DNA from: Clostridiales bacterium | Lineage (GTDB): Bacteria > Bacillota > Clostridia > Lachnospirales > Lachnospiraceae | Assembly: GCA_018369015.1 (NCBI GenBank) | Contig: JAGZDD010000001.1 | Location: 21,370 to 85,369, forward strand | Direction of reading: 5' to 3' | Length of the DNA: 64,000 bases | Shown: positions 30,440-40,538 of the stretch, piece by piece | Layout: each line of letters starts with the position of its first letter | Position numbering within the stretch: the stretch's first letter is position 1 | Notes under the pieces: model-generated | The model's database searches: none | Told to the model about the DNA's origin: nothing | Seen by the model: the letters and a program-made list of their open reading frames with translations, nothing else | Made by a program: the position numbers and the translations under genes

Positions 30440-30454
30440 TTGGAGGAGGTACGT

Positions 30455-31465
30455 ATGAGAACATCAAATGCAATAAAGCGTGGGGCAACCTTATATTGCT
30501 TTCAGGAGCAATACTTTTTTGGAAAATATGATTTAGAGGACTGCATTGCGGCTGTGGCGGATATGGGCGGTGAAGGCGTTGAGCTCATCCCGGATCAGAT
30601 GATTGCAGAGTTTCCCAAAGTCAGCGACCATTTTATCGGGCAATGGAAGGAATGGATGGATCAATATGGCGTAGTTCCTACCTGCATGGACGATTTCGTG
30701 GAATCTGCCCTGTATGCCCACCGGGAGGTGTCGGAGGATGAGCTTGTTGAACGGTTTAAAAAAGCCGTACAACTGGCTAAACGTATGGGCTTTACTGTGA
30801 TACGGGAACAGTTTGCATTAAGCGAGGATTCAAAGCTGATGAGTCTGCCATTATTGGAGCGGTGCTTCCCTTACGCGCAGGAGGCCGGTATATCCATTGG
30901 GCTGGAGGTCCATGCGCCCAACTACATACAAAACCCTCAGATTGACGGTTATCTGGAAATGATTTTAAAGAAGAACTCTCCTTACCTGGGGCTGATTCCG
31001 GACTTTAGTATTTTTTGTACGGACATTTATAAAAGGTTTGATGAATATTACAGGCGTCACGGCGTCCGTGAACAGGTGATTGAGATAACACACGACAGTT
31101 ACCGGAATGATTTTGGAAAAGAAGGAAATTTAAAACGTTTGTCCGGCAGCCATTTATCTGAAATTGAATACGAGTATGCGTCGACAATGTTTAATTGGCA
31201 TAAAAAGACTGAGCCGGAAACGATGTTAGAATTTTCTGAATATATTCATCATTGCCATGCGAAATTTCAGTGCATGACTAAAGATTACCGGGATGAAGCT
31301 CTGGACATGGCCCATATTGTGGATGTGCTTCGGAAGATGAATTATCATGGCTGTATTAGCAGCGAATATGAGGGAAACCGGTGGGTCCATGACGATCATG
31401 TGGATGACTGTGTGGAGCAGGTAAGACGACATCAAATATTGCTTAAAAACGTTTTGGGGTATTAA
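30455..31465 (+). CDS. C-glycoside deglycosidase alpha subunit-like TIM barrel (DgpC-like)
   Basis: IKRGATLY, LEVHAP, IPDFS, HAKF, SEYEG, EQVRRHQ. Confidence 0.82.
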   Translation: MRTSNAIKRGATLYCFQEQYFFGKYDLEDCIAAVADMGGEGVELIPDQMIAEFPKVSDHFIGQWKEWMDQYGVVPTCMDDFVESALYAHREVSEDELVERFKKAVQLAKRMGFTVIREQFALSEDSKLMSLPLLERCFPYAQEAGISIGLEVHAPNYIQNPQIDGYLEMILKKNSPYLGLIPDFSIFCTDIYKRFDEYYRRHGVREQVIEITHDSYRNDFGKEGNLKRLSGSHLSEIEYEYASTMFNWHKKTEPETMLEFSEYIHHCHAKFQCMTKDYRDEALDMAHIVDVLRKMNYHGCISSEYEGNRWVHDDHVDDCVEQVRRHQILLKNVLGY

Positions 31466-31555
31466 AAGGGATAGCACCGGGGCATTTGGCCCGGCTGACG
31501 ACAAGCAGAAATAAAAATGTAAAAAAGAACCATAATAATATTGAGGAGGTATTTT

Positions 31556-33136
31556 ATGATGATGAAACGATGGATCGCACTAATGTGTACATTAGTAATG
31601 ATGTTATCAATGCTGGCTTCCTGCGGGCAGAAGGAGAGCGAGCTTGTTTTAGATACAGACGGCAGCAAAGATGAGAGTGCGCAGACTGGCGGCGAAATTG
31701 TTGAATTAAATATGTATTATCCAGCTTATTATGGAGTTCCAAGAGATCTCCAAATGGTTGAGGACGCGGTGAATGAGCTGGTTGAGGAAGAATTAGGAAT
31801 AAGAATACATCTTCACACACCGGAGGTCGGCAATTATGAGCAGCAGATGAATTTAGCCCTGTCCTCTGGGGAGCAGGTAGACTTAATGCTGACCTATGCT
31901 TACGGCGCCGTGGGGTTTACAAACCTGAAATCTTTAAACCTGCTCAGTGATATTACAGATGAAATGAACACCTATGGCCAGGATATTCAAGCTCTCCTTG
32001 GGGATGTCCTTAACGCGACAACTGATAACGGCGTGATTTACGGAATGTGCGGCAACCGCCCGATTAAGTCCGATTTATATATTATCATGCGTACAGATGT
32101 CCTCGAAGACCTGGGCCTTTTAGAAAAAGCAGAAAATATGACGGTCTTCAAGGAATACGAGGAGATTCTCGAAGCTGTTAAAAATAGTGAAAAATGGAAT
32201 TATCTTGCCGGGATTGTTCCAATGGATACGATGGGAACCGTCATTTCCCTGACGGGCAATTATGTCACAGGCGACAATTTTGAAGATACATCCGTTTATG
32301 ATTCTCTTGGCTATTCGACAATTTTAATCGGCTCCGATCCTGTCAGCGGCGAGGGAAATGTCTATAACAACTATGCTTCTGAACAATTCCATGAAATGTT
32401 TTTAAGAGTCAGGGATTGGAATGAAAAAGGCTATATTTATAAGGACGCAACAGCGCAGACAGAATTAGCCGAATCGATGATTAAGCAAAATGCTGCATTT
32501 TCAGCATTTATTCAGACAGAAGGCGGGCAAAAAGCCTGCGAGGCAGCAAAAGCAATGGCCTGCGGTATGCCTATGACTTGTGTTAAGGTCAAGGAAATGC
32601 CGGTATTAACGAGTAATGCGACAAAATTTGACTGGGTTGTTCCTGTGAATACTATTGATGCGGAGGCGGCGGTCCGTTTCCTGAATTTTATGTATACAAG
32701 CCCTGAGCTTAATAACCTTTTGGCCTGGGGGATTGAGGGTGTCCATTATGAAGTTAAAGACGGCGTTGCCTGTTTTATGGAGGGAGAAGACACATCATCC
32801 GCAGGGTATCATTCCATGGAATACTTTTTTGGAAACCAGTATTTAGTGACGCCCTGGGAAGGAAATGCCCCTGATATTAGGGAAAGCCAGAAGGCGGATA
32901 TGGAAAATGCCGAGGTGTCAAAGTACCTTGGCTTTGTGGCAGACCTTTCCGAAGTGGAATCTGCCGTAACCGCCGTCCAAAATGTGACTATGGAGTGCCT
33001 TCCGGCAATTGCGTCCGGTTTTGCCTCTGAGGAAGATTATGAGAACTTCCTTACAAAGCTGGAGTCGGCAGGTGCACAGAAGATTATCGATACTTATCAG
33101 GCTCAACTGAGCCAGTGGATGGAGAAGAATCAATAA
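31556..33136 (+). CDS. carbohydrate ABC substrate-binding lipoprotein (DUF3502 type)
   Basis: Lipobox LASC, WGIEGVHY, AGAQKIIDTYQAQL; paralog of 14880 and 62225. Confidence 0.9.
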   Translation: MMMKRWIALMCTLVMMLSMLASCGQKESELVLDTDGSKDESAQTGGEIVELNMYYPAYYGVPRDLQMVEDAVNELVEEELGIRIHLHTPEVGNYEQQMNLALSSGEQVDLMLTYAYGAVGFTNLKSLNLLSDITDEMNTYGQDIQALLGDVLNATTDNGVIYGMCGNRPIKSDLYIIMRTDVLEDLGLLEKAENMTVFKEYEEILEAVKNSEKWNYLAGIVPMDTMGTVISLTGNYVTGDNFEDTSVYDSLGYSTILIGSDPVSGEGNVYNNYASEQFHEMFLRVRDWNEKGYIYKDATAQTELAESMIKQNAAFSAFIQTEGGQKACEAAKAMACGMPMTCVKVKEMPVLTSNATKFDWVVPVNTIDAEAAVRFLNFMYTSPELNNLLAWGIEGVHYEVKDGVACFMEGEDTSSAGYHSMEYFFGNQYLVTPWEGNAPDIRESQKADMENAEVSKYLGFVADLSEVESAVTAVQNVTMECLPAIASGFASEEDYENFLTKLESAGAQKIIDTYQAQLSQWMEKNQ

Positions 33137-33164
33137 GGCTTATAAGTGAAAGTGTGGGGTGGAC

Positions 33165-34514
33165 ATGAAAAAGAGAAGGTATGGGTTATTGTGTACAAAG
33201 GGCCGGATTCTGTGGGATGTCATCCTTATGGGGCTGATCGCTGTATTGTCCTGTTTGCTGCCGTTTTCCAGCTATGTTTATAAAAATATACGTCTGTCCA
33301 TTGGTGGTTTTGATTATCTTACAGGAATACAGATTGCCGGGGGAAAGGTTACAATTTCCCCCACTTTATGGATTTTGGCCATTCTTATATTAATGGCAGC
33401 AGTAGTTATGCTTGCGCTCCTTTTTCCTAAAATAAAAAAGGTACAATACAGTGGATTTCTTTTGTTAATTCTTTCGTGCCTGGCCTTAGTCTTTTGCGGA
33501 ATTTTTCTGTCCGGGATTAAGGAGGCGCTAAAGCGGGCAGGAAGCCCCAAAATCGAATATGGAATTTTTATACTTACAGGAATCATTCTACTGATGATTT
33601 TGCGTTCTTTCCATATCCTATATAGAGAAAAAGTCATCTCCGTTTTACATTTCATGGTCATTCCTGGAATGATCTATTTTCTTGTTAATAACTATTTTCC
33701 AATGCTCGGTATGTTTATTGCATTTAAGGACATTGATTTTTCAAAGGGGATATGGGCCAGCGACTGGGTTGGATTTAAAAATTTTGAATATCTTTTTGCT
33801 ACCGGCGACGCCTGGATTATGATAAGGAATACAGTTTCATATAACTTGTGTTTCATCGTGCTCGGTACAATGATGGGTGTTACCTCAGGTATTATGCTCA
33901 ATGAAGTTATTTTCAAAAAAATGAAAAAATTCTATCAGACAAGCATTTTATTGCCGCAGCTTATTTCAATTATTATTATCGCCTACATTGTATATGCATT
34001 TTTGAGCAATGAATCCGGATTAATTAATGGGCTGCTTGGAGAAGGGAACGAAATTAATTTTTATAATACACGTATTTATTGGCCTTTTATTCTTGTATTT
34101 GTTTATATATGGAAAAGTGTTGGGTACTCGTCGATTATTTATTTATCTTCTATTGTAGGAATTGACAACAGCCTTTTTGAAGCCGCACGGGTGGACGGCG
34201 CTAATAAAATGAAGCAGATTTTTCTTATAACAATCCCGTTAATCCGTCCCACAATTATTACAATGGTGCTGTTAAATGTGGGAAAAATTTTTTACTCGGA
34301 TTTTGGGTTGTTTTTACAAGTACCCATGAACTCGGGCAGTTTGTTTCCTGTAACACAGACGATTGATACGTATGTTTATCGAAGCCTGCTGACACTTAAT
34401 GATATTGCTTTATCATCAGCGGCCAGTGTGTTCCAGTCGATTGTTGGATTTGCGGTTGTCCTTCTGGCCAATGGTATTGTAAGAAAGATCGACCGGGAAA
34501 ATGCGCTGTTTTAA
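33165..34514 (+). CDS. carbohydrate ABC permease with extra N-terminal membrane domain
   Basis: EAARVDGANKMKQIFLITIP; about 140 extra hydrophobic residues relative to the 16477 paralog. Confidence 0.88.
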   Translation: MKKRRYGLLCTKGRILWDVILMGLIAVLSCLLPFSSYVYKNIRLSIGGFDYLTGIQIAGGKVTISPTLWILAILILMAAVVMLALLFPKIKKVQYSGFLLLILSCLALVFCGIFLSGIKEALKRAGSPKIEYGIFILTGIILLMILRSFHILYREKVISVLHFMVIPGMIYFLVNNYFPMLGMFIAFKDIDFSKGIWASDWVGFKNFEYLFATGDAWIMIRNTVSYNLCFIVLGTMMGVTSGIMLNEVIFKKMKKFYQTSILLPQLISIIIIAYIVYAFLSNESGLINGLLGEGNEINFYNTRIYWPFILVFVYIWKSVGYSSIIYLSSIVGIDNSLFEAARVDGANKMKQIFLITIPLIRPTIITMVLLNVGKIFYSDFGLFLQVPMNSGSLFPVTQTIDTYVYRSLLTLNDIALSSAASVFQSIVGFAVVLLANGIVRKIDRENALF

Positions 34515-34583
34515 ATATGGCAGAAGGCTGCTGTTTTTCCTATATAAAAGATTTATGCCAAAATCGTTCAGGGAGGGATTTAT

Positions 34584-35483
34584 ATGGAATCCGGTATTAT
34601 GAGCAGGGGAGATAAAGTCTTTCAGATGATAATCAATGTTATACTTATGCTGATGTCCTTAGCAGCAATTCTGCCGTTTATTTTATTAATAATGGCATCG
34701 ATAACGGACGAGAGCGTTCTTTTATCCGAAGGGTATTCGTTTTTTCCAAGCGTTTTCAGCAGCTATGCTTATACGTATTTGTTTGAAACGAATGGTTTGA
34801 GCGTTTTAAAAAGCTACGGGATTACATTTTTTGTTACCGCAGCAGGTACGGGGCTGAGCCTGCTTATCGGGCCAATGCTTGCTTATCCATTATCAAGGGC
34901 AGATTTCAAAGGAAGAAAAGGGATCAGCTTCTACGTGTTTTTTACAATGCTTTTTAATGGCGGCCTTGTACCTTCGTATATTATGTGGACTCAGATTTTC
35001 CATATCAAAAATACAATTTTTGCTCTTATTTTTCCGACGCTTTTGCTGACAGGCTTTAATATTATGCTTCTTCGCAGTAATTTTAAGTCTAATATTCATC
35101 CAGCTCTTTTAGAAGCGGCGAAAATCGATGGAGCCGGAGAACTGCGCATTTATTTTAAAATTGTTCTGCCCCTGTCGCTTCCGATTATGGCGACCATTGG
35201 GCTTATGGTTGGAATTGCTTATTGGAACGACTGGATCAATGGGCTTTATTATGTCAGCGATGCCAAGCTTTACAGCTTGCAGCAGCTATTAAATAATATT
35301 TTGAGAAATATACAGGCATTAGGCTCTCTTGGGTCTGCGTCAGGCGTAGATGCCTCGTCCATCCCGGGGCAAAGTATACGAATGGCCATGGCGGTCATCG
35401 GCGTTGTTCCAATACTGCTTGTTTATCCGTTTTTTCAGAAATGGTTTATTAAAGGGATTTCTTTGGGCGGGGTGAAGGAATAG
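34584..35483 (+). CDS. carbohydrate ABC permease
   Basis: EAAKIDGAGE, FNGGLVP, GGVKE. Confidence 0.92.
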   Translation: MESGIMSRGDKVFQMIINVILMLMSLAAILPFILLIMASITDESVLLSEGYSFFPSVFSSYAYTYLFETNGLSVLKSYGITFFVTAAGTGLSLLIGPMLAYPLSRADFKGRKGISFYVFFTMLFNGGLVPSYIMWTQIFHIKNTIFALIFPTLLLTGFNIMLLRSNFKSNIHPALLEAAKIDGAGELRIYFKIVLPLSLPIMATIGLMVGIAYWNDWINGLYYVSDAKLYSLQQLLNNILRNIQALGSLGSASGVDASSIPGQSIRMAMAVIGVVPILLVYPFFQKWFIKGISLGGVKE

Positions 35484-35519
35484 AATAACATGGTACGGAT
35501 GTGAGCAAATTATAATAAC

Positions 35520-35550
35520 GGCGGCAGGAACAAATCCCAGCCGCCTTTTT
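35520..35550 (+). terminator. intrinsic terminator
   Basis: GGCGGC...GCCGCCTTTTT. Confidence 0.65.
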
Positions 35551-35561
35551 ATGGCATCCGC

Positions 35562-36233
35562 TTATTCTTCCCCAATCATCGTCAGCCCCCAGCTTTGCCA
35601 ATCCCAATAGGTTTCCCTTCCGGAAACCTCCGTAATATGCAGGCGCTTTGTTTCGTCAAAATCAAAGGCGGCAGCGTCCATGCCAATATCTGACGCCATC
35701 CAGAGCGGATGGATTTCACCGTCGCGCCATTCATAAATATAAATATGCTGGCTCCATTTCTTTTCATCCTTTTCCACCCAGAATGGCCGGGCATTGCCGT
35801 AGCGGCCAATGCGCCAGCACAAAAGAAGCAATTCATTTTTTCTGTCGTGATTAATGTCGCACCACAAAAAATCCTGGACTAAAATATCGCCGGGGCTTTC
35901 CCAGGCATCAGAGCCGTCCTTTTGCACTTCCAGCCGCCTGTTTTTTAAAACAATAGCTTCCGGTTCCGCGCCGCGGCTACCGTCTGAAATATCAGCGCTG
36001 CCGTCACTGCTGCCGCGGGCATGATCCGTATTACCTGCGGCAGCGTTCTGTGTATGTTTGAGATTCAGCGTTTTTTCCTCCCACACAATCCATTTTGGGA
36101 GAAATGCGCCTTTGCTCCATGCGAAGAAAACAACGGCGGCAGCCAGGGCTGCCGCCGCTATTAATACGAATATCCACCACAGCTTTCGCAATTTGCGGCG
36201 CGAAGGCTTACTATGCTTAATAACGGTATTCAT
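35562..36233 (-). CDS. hypothetical membrane-anchored protein
   Basis: Basic N-terminus, one TM, Trp-rich C-terminal domain (DINHDRKNELLLLCW); overlaps the end of the upstream gene. Confidence 0.7.
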   Translation of the reverse strand: MNTVIKHSKPSRRKLRKLWWIFVLIAAAALAAAVVFFAWSKGAFLPKWIVWEEKTLNLKHTQNAAAGNTDHARGSSDGSADISDGSRGAEPEAIVLKNRRLEVQKDGSDAWESPGDILVQDFLWCDINHDRKNELLLLCWRIGRYGNARPFWVEKDEKKWSQHIYIYEWRDGEIHPLWMASDIGMDAAAFDFDETKRLHITEVSGRETYWDWQSWGLTMIGEE

Positions 36234-38916
36234 AGCGGTAGGATTGTGTCCATTCCGGCTGGTCAACGGCTGTATCGTAGCTGTAGGTGCCATCGTCAGT
36301 CACGGAAATACCCATCATTTGGCGCCATGTATCATCAGTCATACGTTCGGAAATTGGCTGCTCAAACTGATAGAAGGAGTAAACAGCGCCGACACAAATA
36401 TGAAGCTCGCCGTCGATAGGTACAACGACATAAATCGTTGAAGGATTTCCGGTGCCAACCTCAAGGCAGGTGCCGTTGGGATCTGTTGCAATATCGGTGA
36501 CAATTGCGGCCGGGAAGTCGCCGGAGGTGATATTTTCGCCTTCATCCTTAAACGCTTCCAGCCAGAAATGCTCAAGGTTTCCACCATAATTACGGATCAG
36601 GTCGTATTCCTCGTCGGTCAGCAATGTATTTGATAATTCCTTTTCAGACATTGTCAGGAATTGGCTGGCCATTTCACCGAGGCGGCTGAGGTTTGTTTCG
36701 TCCTCGGTGCTTAAAAGACCGTAAGCCTTTAATCCCTCCGCTGTTTTTTGGGCAAGGTCGGCAAATCTTTTCCATACCTGAACCTCCGGTTCAACATATC
36801 CCCGGTCATCCCACTGGGGAAGCTCGCCGCCGCCCATTTCGGCCATAACCTGTTTTGCATAAAGAACCGTGTCGTGCTTTAATTCCGTGTAGCTTCCGGC
36901 AAAGGTTTCCAGATTCTTTTTGGACCATTCTGTGCTGCGCATAAAGCTCGGATAGCCTTCGCCCTTTTCTTCCAGAAGTGGCGTCAGCGTGTACAGCCAG
37001 CTTGAGTACAGGCTTGAATCCCAAAGCGTATCCGGTGCGCTGCTTAAGCCGCTGCGCAGCTTTTCCATATTTTCAGAATAATTTTGATAATTTGTTTCTT
37101 CCTGGCTTTCAAGAATCGAATAGGCTGTATCTGAGCCAAGGGCGGCGGCTACGTCCAAAGTATCCGGAAGCATACGTTTATTTCCGCTGCTGTCGGGCTG
37201 CACATTTTCATAAATGAGCTGCTGGAAAATCGCAGCGTCGATTGTGAAGCGCTGGCCCATAAAACGGAAGCCCTTATTTTCTTCAGTAGAAGACGTTGTA
37301 GGGTCATTGTCATCCATTGTCGGAATTGAGTTGATGGCCGGTGGGTTCATGGCTGCGGTTAATGACCGGAATTTGTTCCAGGCCTCCGTATTCCCTATAA
37401 GGACGGAAATGTCTGAAACAGAGCCATAGGCCGCTTCAATAGCAGGGAGATATTCATAGTAGCTTAAATCATCGCTTGCCCCGGCAAAGAAGGAAGTTAC
37501 CGTGTAAATCGATTCCCAGCTGCTTAAAGTATCGCCATTCATGGCAAGGGTCATAAGTACGGCGCACCGTTCTAATTCTTCGCTGGACTGGACAAAACCG
37601 ATCTGCCCGTACCACATCATTGCCCGGAAATAACTTTCCAACTGCTCATCTCCGGAGTAGTAGCCTCTTGGAGTAAACTGGGAATAGTCAATCATTGTTC
37701 CTGTAAGTACAGATTCAGTAATGCCAGAAGCGCTCATAATATTGGAAAGCTCTGACGAAACAATATCCGCCACTTCACCGGGAGGTGTGATACTGGAATC
37801 CTGAAGGCTGGCGCCAATGGCAAAAAAGGCCATATTTTTTAGCGCGGCGCTTTCCCATTCAGAACCTTGTAAAGCACGATATTGCTGTCCGCTTTGATCG
37901 AGCATTGCCATACTCAGATTTGAAAGTTCACTGGCAATATAATTTTTTTCAGTATTTTTCATTAAATAACTGAAATATAAATGATAGGTGTGCATCATGG
38001 AATCCACGGTGACAAAATTAGGGGTCAGGCTGTACCTGTTTTGCTCATATGTTTCAAAAAACTCTTTATTGTAACCGGAAGTTACATAAAATAAATTTTC
38101 TGAAAGCAGCCGGGCCTGTTCGCTTCCGGGTTCAAGATAAAATTGATCCCGGTTGTATACATTGCTCAGATCGGATTCAACGGTATAATCTCCGACAGAT
38201 GGAGTAACAGAAGCGCTCTCATTGCCTTCGGTATTTCCGGTGTCTGAGGTTCCAGTGGCGTCTGCGCTGCCGTCAGTGCCTCCGAAAAACGGACGGGTCA
38301 GAGGTGTGACGGCTGTATTGCCGGAGCCATCGCCGGACGAACTGTTGCCCGATGAATTGCTGCTGTCAGAGCCGTCGCCTGCAGGGGTATTCCCGCCATT
38401 TGTACCGGAACCATCGGCCTGTACATCAGAACTGCCGCCCAAAGCTGCGATTTGCTGAGAAATTTCTTCTTTTTCCGTATCATCCATGTCTGCTTTGTCC
38501 ATGGCTTTTTGAAGAATATTAGCTGCGCTTGTTTTATCGCCCATTTTTTCATAAACATCAGCGAGTTTGACATAGGCTTCTTTGTTCTTTGGCGCAGCGT
38601 CAATAGCATTTAAAAATGCCTCCTCGGCCTGTCCGTAATCAAGTTCGTTTAAAAATGCCTGCCCTTCTTCCATAAATTTGGCATACTTTTCAGAATTATT
38701 GCTGCCGCCAAGACCGACGACAATGATGACTACAGCAATAGCGATTGCAGCGACCAAACATCCGGCGGCTATTCCTATAGCCATAATTCCTTTCTTTTTC
38801 TTTTCTGGTTCCCGGTTAGAAGAGCCGTTCGGGGCTTGCTGCTCTACCGGATAACCGCAGGCTGGACAAAATTTTTCATCGTCATTTAATTTGTTTCCAC
38901 AGTTAACGCAAAAAAT
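36217..38916 (-). CDS. zinc-ribbon/TPR membrane protein with DUF3160-like domain
   Basis: FCVNCG..FCPACG, TM, TPR, Ser/Gly linker, then DYSQFTPRGYY, YFRAMMWYG, FRFMGQRF, TELKHDT.LYAKQ, GYVEP. Start is ATT 38916 after the SD or ATG 38982. Confidence 0.8.
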   Translation of the reverse strand: MFCVNCGNKLNDDEKFCPACGYPVEQQAPNGSSNREPEKKKKGIMAIGIAAGCLVAAIAIAVVIIVVGLGGSNNSEKYAKFMEEGQAFLNELDYGQAEEAFLNAIDAAPKNKEAYVKLADVYEKMGDKTSAANILQKAMDKADMDDTEKEEISQQIAALGGSSDVQADGSGTNGGNTPAGDGSDSSNSSGNSSSGDGSGNTAVTPLTRPFFGGTDGSADATGTSDTGNTEGNESASVTPSVGDYTVESDLSNVYNRDQFYLEPGSEQARLLSENLFYVTSGYNKEFFETYEQNRYSLTPNFVTVDSMMHTYHLYFSYLMKNTEKNYIASELSNLSMAMLDQSGQQYRALQGSEWESAALKNMAFFAIGASLQDSSITPPGEVADIVSSELSNIMSASGITESVLTGTMIDYSQFTPRGYYSGDEQLESYFRAMMWYGQIGFVQSSEELERCAVLMTLAMNGDTLSSWESIYTVTSFFAGASDDLSYYEYLPAIEAAYGSVSDISVLIGNTEAWNKFRSLTAAMNPPAINSIPTMDDNDPTTSSTEENKGFRFMGQRFTIDAAIFQQLIYENVQPDSSGNKRMLPDTLDVAAALGSDTAYSILESQEETNYQNYSENMEKLRSGLSSAPDTLWDSSLYSSWLYTLTPLLEEKGEGYPSFMRSTEWSKKNLETFAGSYTELKHDTVLYAKQVMAEMGGGELPQWDDRGYVEPEVQVWKRFADLAQKTAEGLKAYGLLSTEDETNLSRLGEMASQFLTMSEKELSNTLLTDEEYDLIRNYGGNLEHFWLEAFKDEGENITSGDFPAAIVTDIATDPNGTCLEVGTGNPSTIYVVVPIDGELHICVGAVYSFYQFEQPISERMTDDTWRQMMGISVTDDGTYSYDTAVDQPEWTQSYRYEYRY

Positions 38917-39586
38917 GGTTTCCCTCTCCCTTCGTATTTGCTTGATGCCCCGTATATCGTAACGATTGTAACAGTTCAGCATGGCTGAATCGTTACTGCA
39001 TATCTGATCGGGGTATTTAATTTATTTTATCAAAAAGCAATTTCTATGTCAAAAAAATCCTAAAGGGCTGCCGTCCATATGTAACAGTTCAGCTGGTGCC
39101 ATTCGCCAAGCTGTGGATCGTAACGAAATGTTACTTATAACCTCCAGGATTTGACTCTTGTACCAATCACCTGGACAGGCATAGGCAAGGCGGTGACAGT
39201 GCTGTTGCCGCAAGTTTTGTAGTAATATTCTCCATTATATGAAAGGCAGTAATGAGGACGCCGTTCCCAATTGTCCGTCTTTGTCTGAAATGATCCAGTG
39301 CAGAGGAGCTATGGATTTTGTAATAGAATCTGAGACGCCAATCATCGTTATGGCTTTTAGAAGCGCGGCTGACTGTGGAACGCAGGCGCACTGCCCGAGT
39401 AAAAAATTAACAAGCTTGAGTGCGGCGATTGGAAATTTTCCTTCGCTTTTTTCGGGTATGGGGTCATAAACTGCATATCCGGGAAAATACAGCGCAGCGG
39501 CGCAAAAACCTCTGTCATTAACGCCGCCGGCCAAAATAACAATCCCCATGGGGAGCTTGAAAATAAAGCGCGGTATATAAAGTGAT

Positions 39587-40513
39587 TCAGCAATAGATTT
39601 TATAAAGCTCCTGTTTGACATAGTAGCTGGATAATGCCATAGAAGCAAGCAGATCCGGTGTGCCGTCATCCTCAATAGATACCCAGCCTTTAAAACCGTA
39701 TTTTTTCACAAGCTGCCACAGGCCTTTGAGATCAAGGACGCCTTCGCCCGGCTCCCAGAACCAGCGCCAGCCATCATCGCGGATTTCAACATCTTTATCG
39801 TAGCGGATTTCATCAGGAACCGCAATGGATGCTGTATCTTTTAGATGAAAAGTGCAGATCCGGTCGTGGTAGGTTTCGTAAAATTTCAGCAGATCATCCC
39901 CCATAATAGCAATCTGAGCTGTGTCCAGACAGTAAAATACATAGTTTGGATCCGTAAGTTCAAGAAAATGATGATGATTTTCTTTATTTACCGCACAGAA
40001 AAATTCATTATGGATTCCAACCTTAATGCCCTTGGAAACGGCATAGCGCCCAATATCTGTAAGGACTTTTGCCGCGTTCTTTAACGCCTGTTCATCAAGC
40101 GGCCCCACGCCATAGTAGTTATTGGCAGGGCAAGTGTTTAAGTGCTGGCCGCCAAAGGCCGCGCACAAATCAACGGCGGCTTTTCCTGCCTCAAGCACTT
40201 CGTCGTATTTATCGGCCATGAAGGAATTGTCCGCGCCGTGGAACATTCCGCTGACAGTGATTCCATGGTCCGCAGCAAAATCTGTAAAATCCTTTGGAGT
40301 ACCAAAAAGCTTTAAAATGTCCGCCACATCCCAGGGGGCGATTTCGATTCCGTCATAGCCGGCCGCCTTGTGATAGCGAAGTATCCGGTCCCAGTCGGAA
40401 TAATAGGCAATGTTACTTTTATCTTCGTAATAAAAATCCCTGAAATTATCGATTTGTTTATAGGGAATAGTTTTCCAGTGATTCATATGGGAAAGCTTTA
40501 TGTTTTCGCACAT
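39587..40513 (-). CDS. IolE-like sugar phosphate isomerase/epimerase (TIM barrel)
   Basis: GYDGIE, IHNE, LDTAQ, FHLKD, EPGEGVLD, GWVSIEDD; SD AAGGAGG before 40513. Confidence 0.85.
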   Translation of the reverse strand: MCENIKLSHMNHWKTIPYKQIDNFRDFYYEDKSNIAYYSDWDRILRYHKAAGYDGIEIAPWDVADILKLFGTPKDFTDFAADHGITVSGMFHGADNSFMADKYDEVLEAGKAAVDLCAAFGGQHLNTCPANNYYGVGPLDEQALKNAAKVLTDIGRYAVSKGIKVGIHNEFFCAVNKENHHHFLELTDPNYVFYCLDTAQIAIMGDDLLKFYETYHDRICTFHLKDTASIAVPDEIRYDKDVEIRDDGWRWFWEPGEGVLDLKGLWQLVKKYGFKGWVSIEDDGTPDLLASMALSSYYVKQELYKIYC

Positions 40514-40538
40514 AGTTGACCTCCTTTTGGCTAAAGCC

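Noticed and set aside
14880..35483. Missing ATPase genes in the carbohydrate ABC operons
   Set aside because: Normal for Firmicutes, which share an MsmX-type ATPase encoded elsewhere.
39235..39675. 146-aa minus-strand ORF
   Set aside because: Overlaps the TIM-barrel gene end; no SD or family signal.
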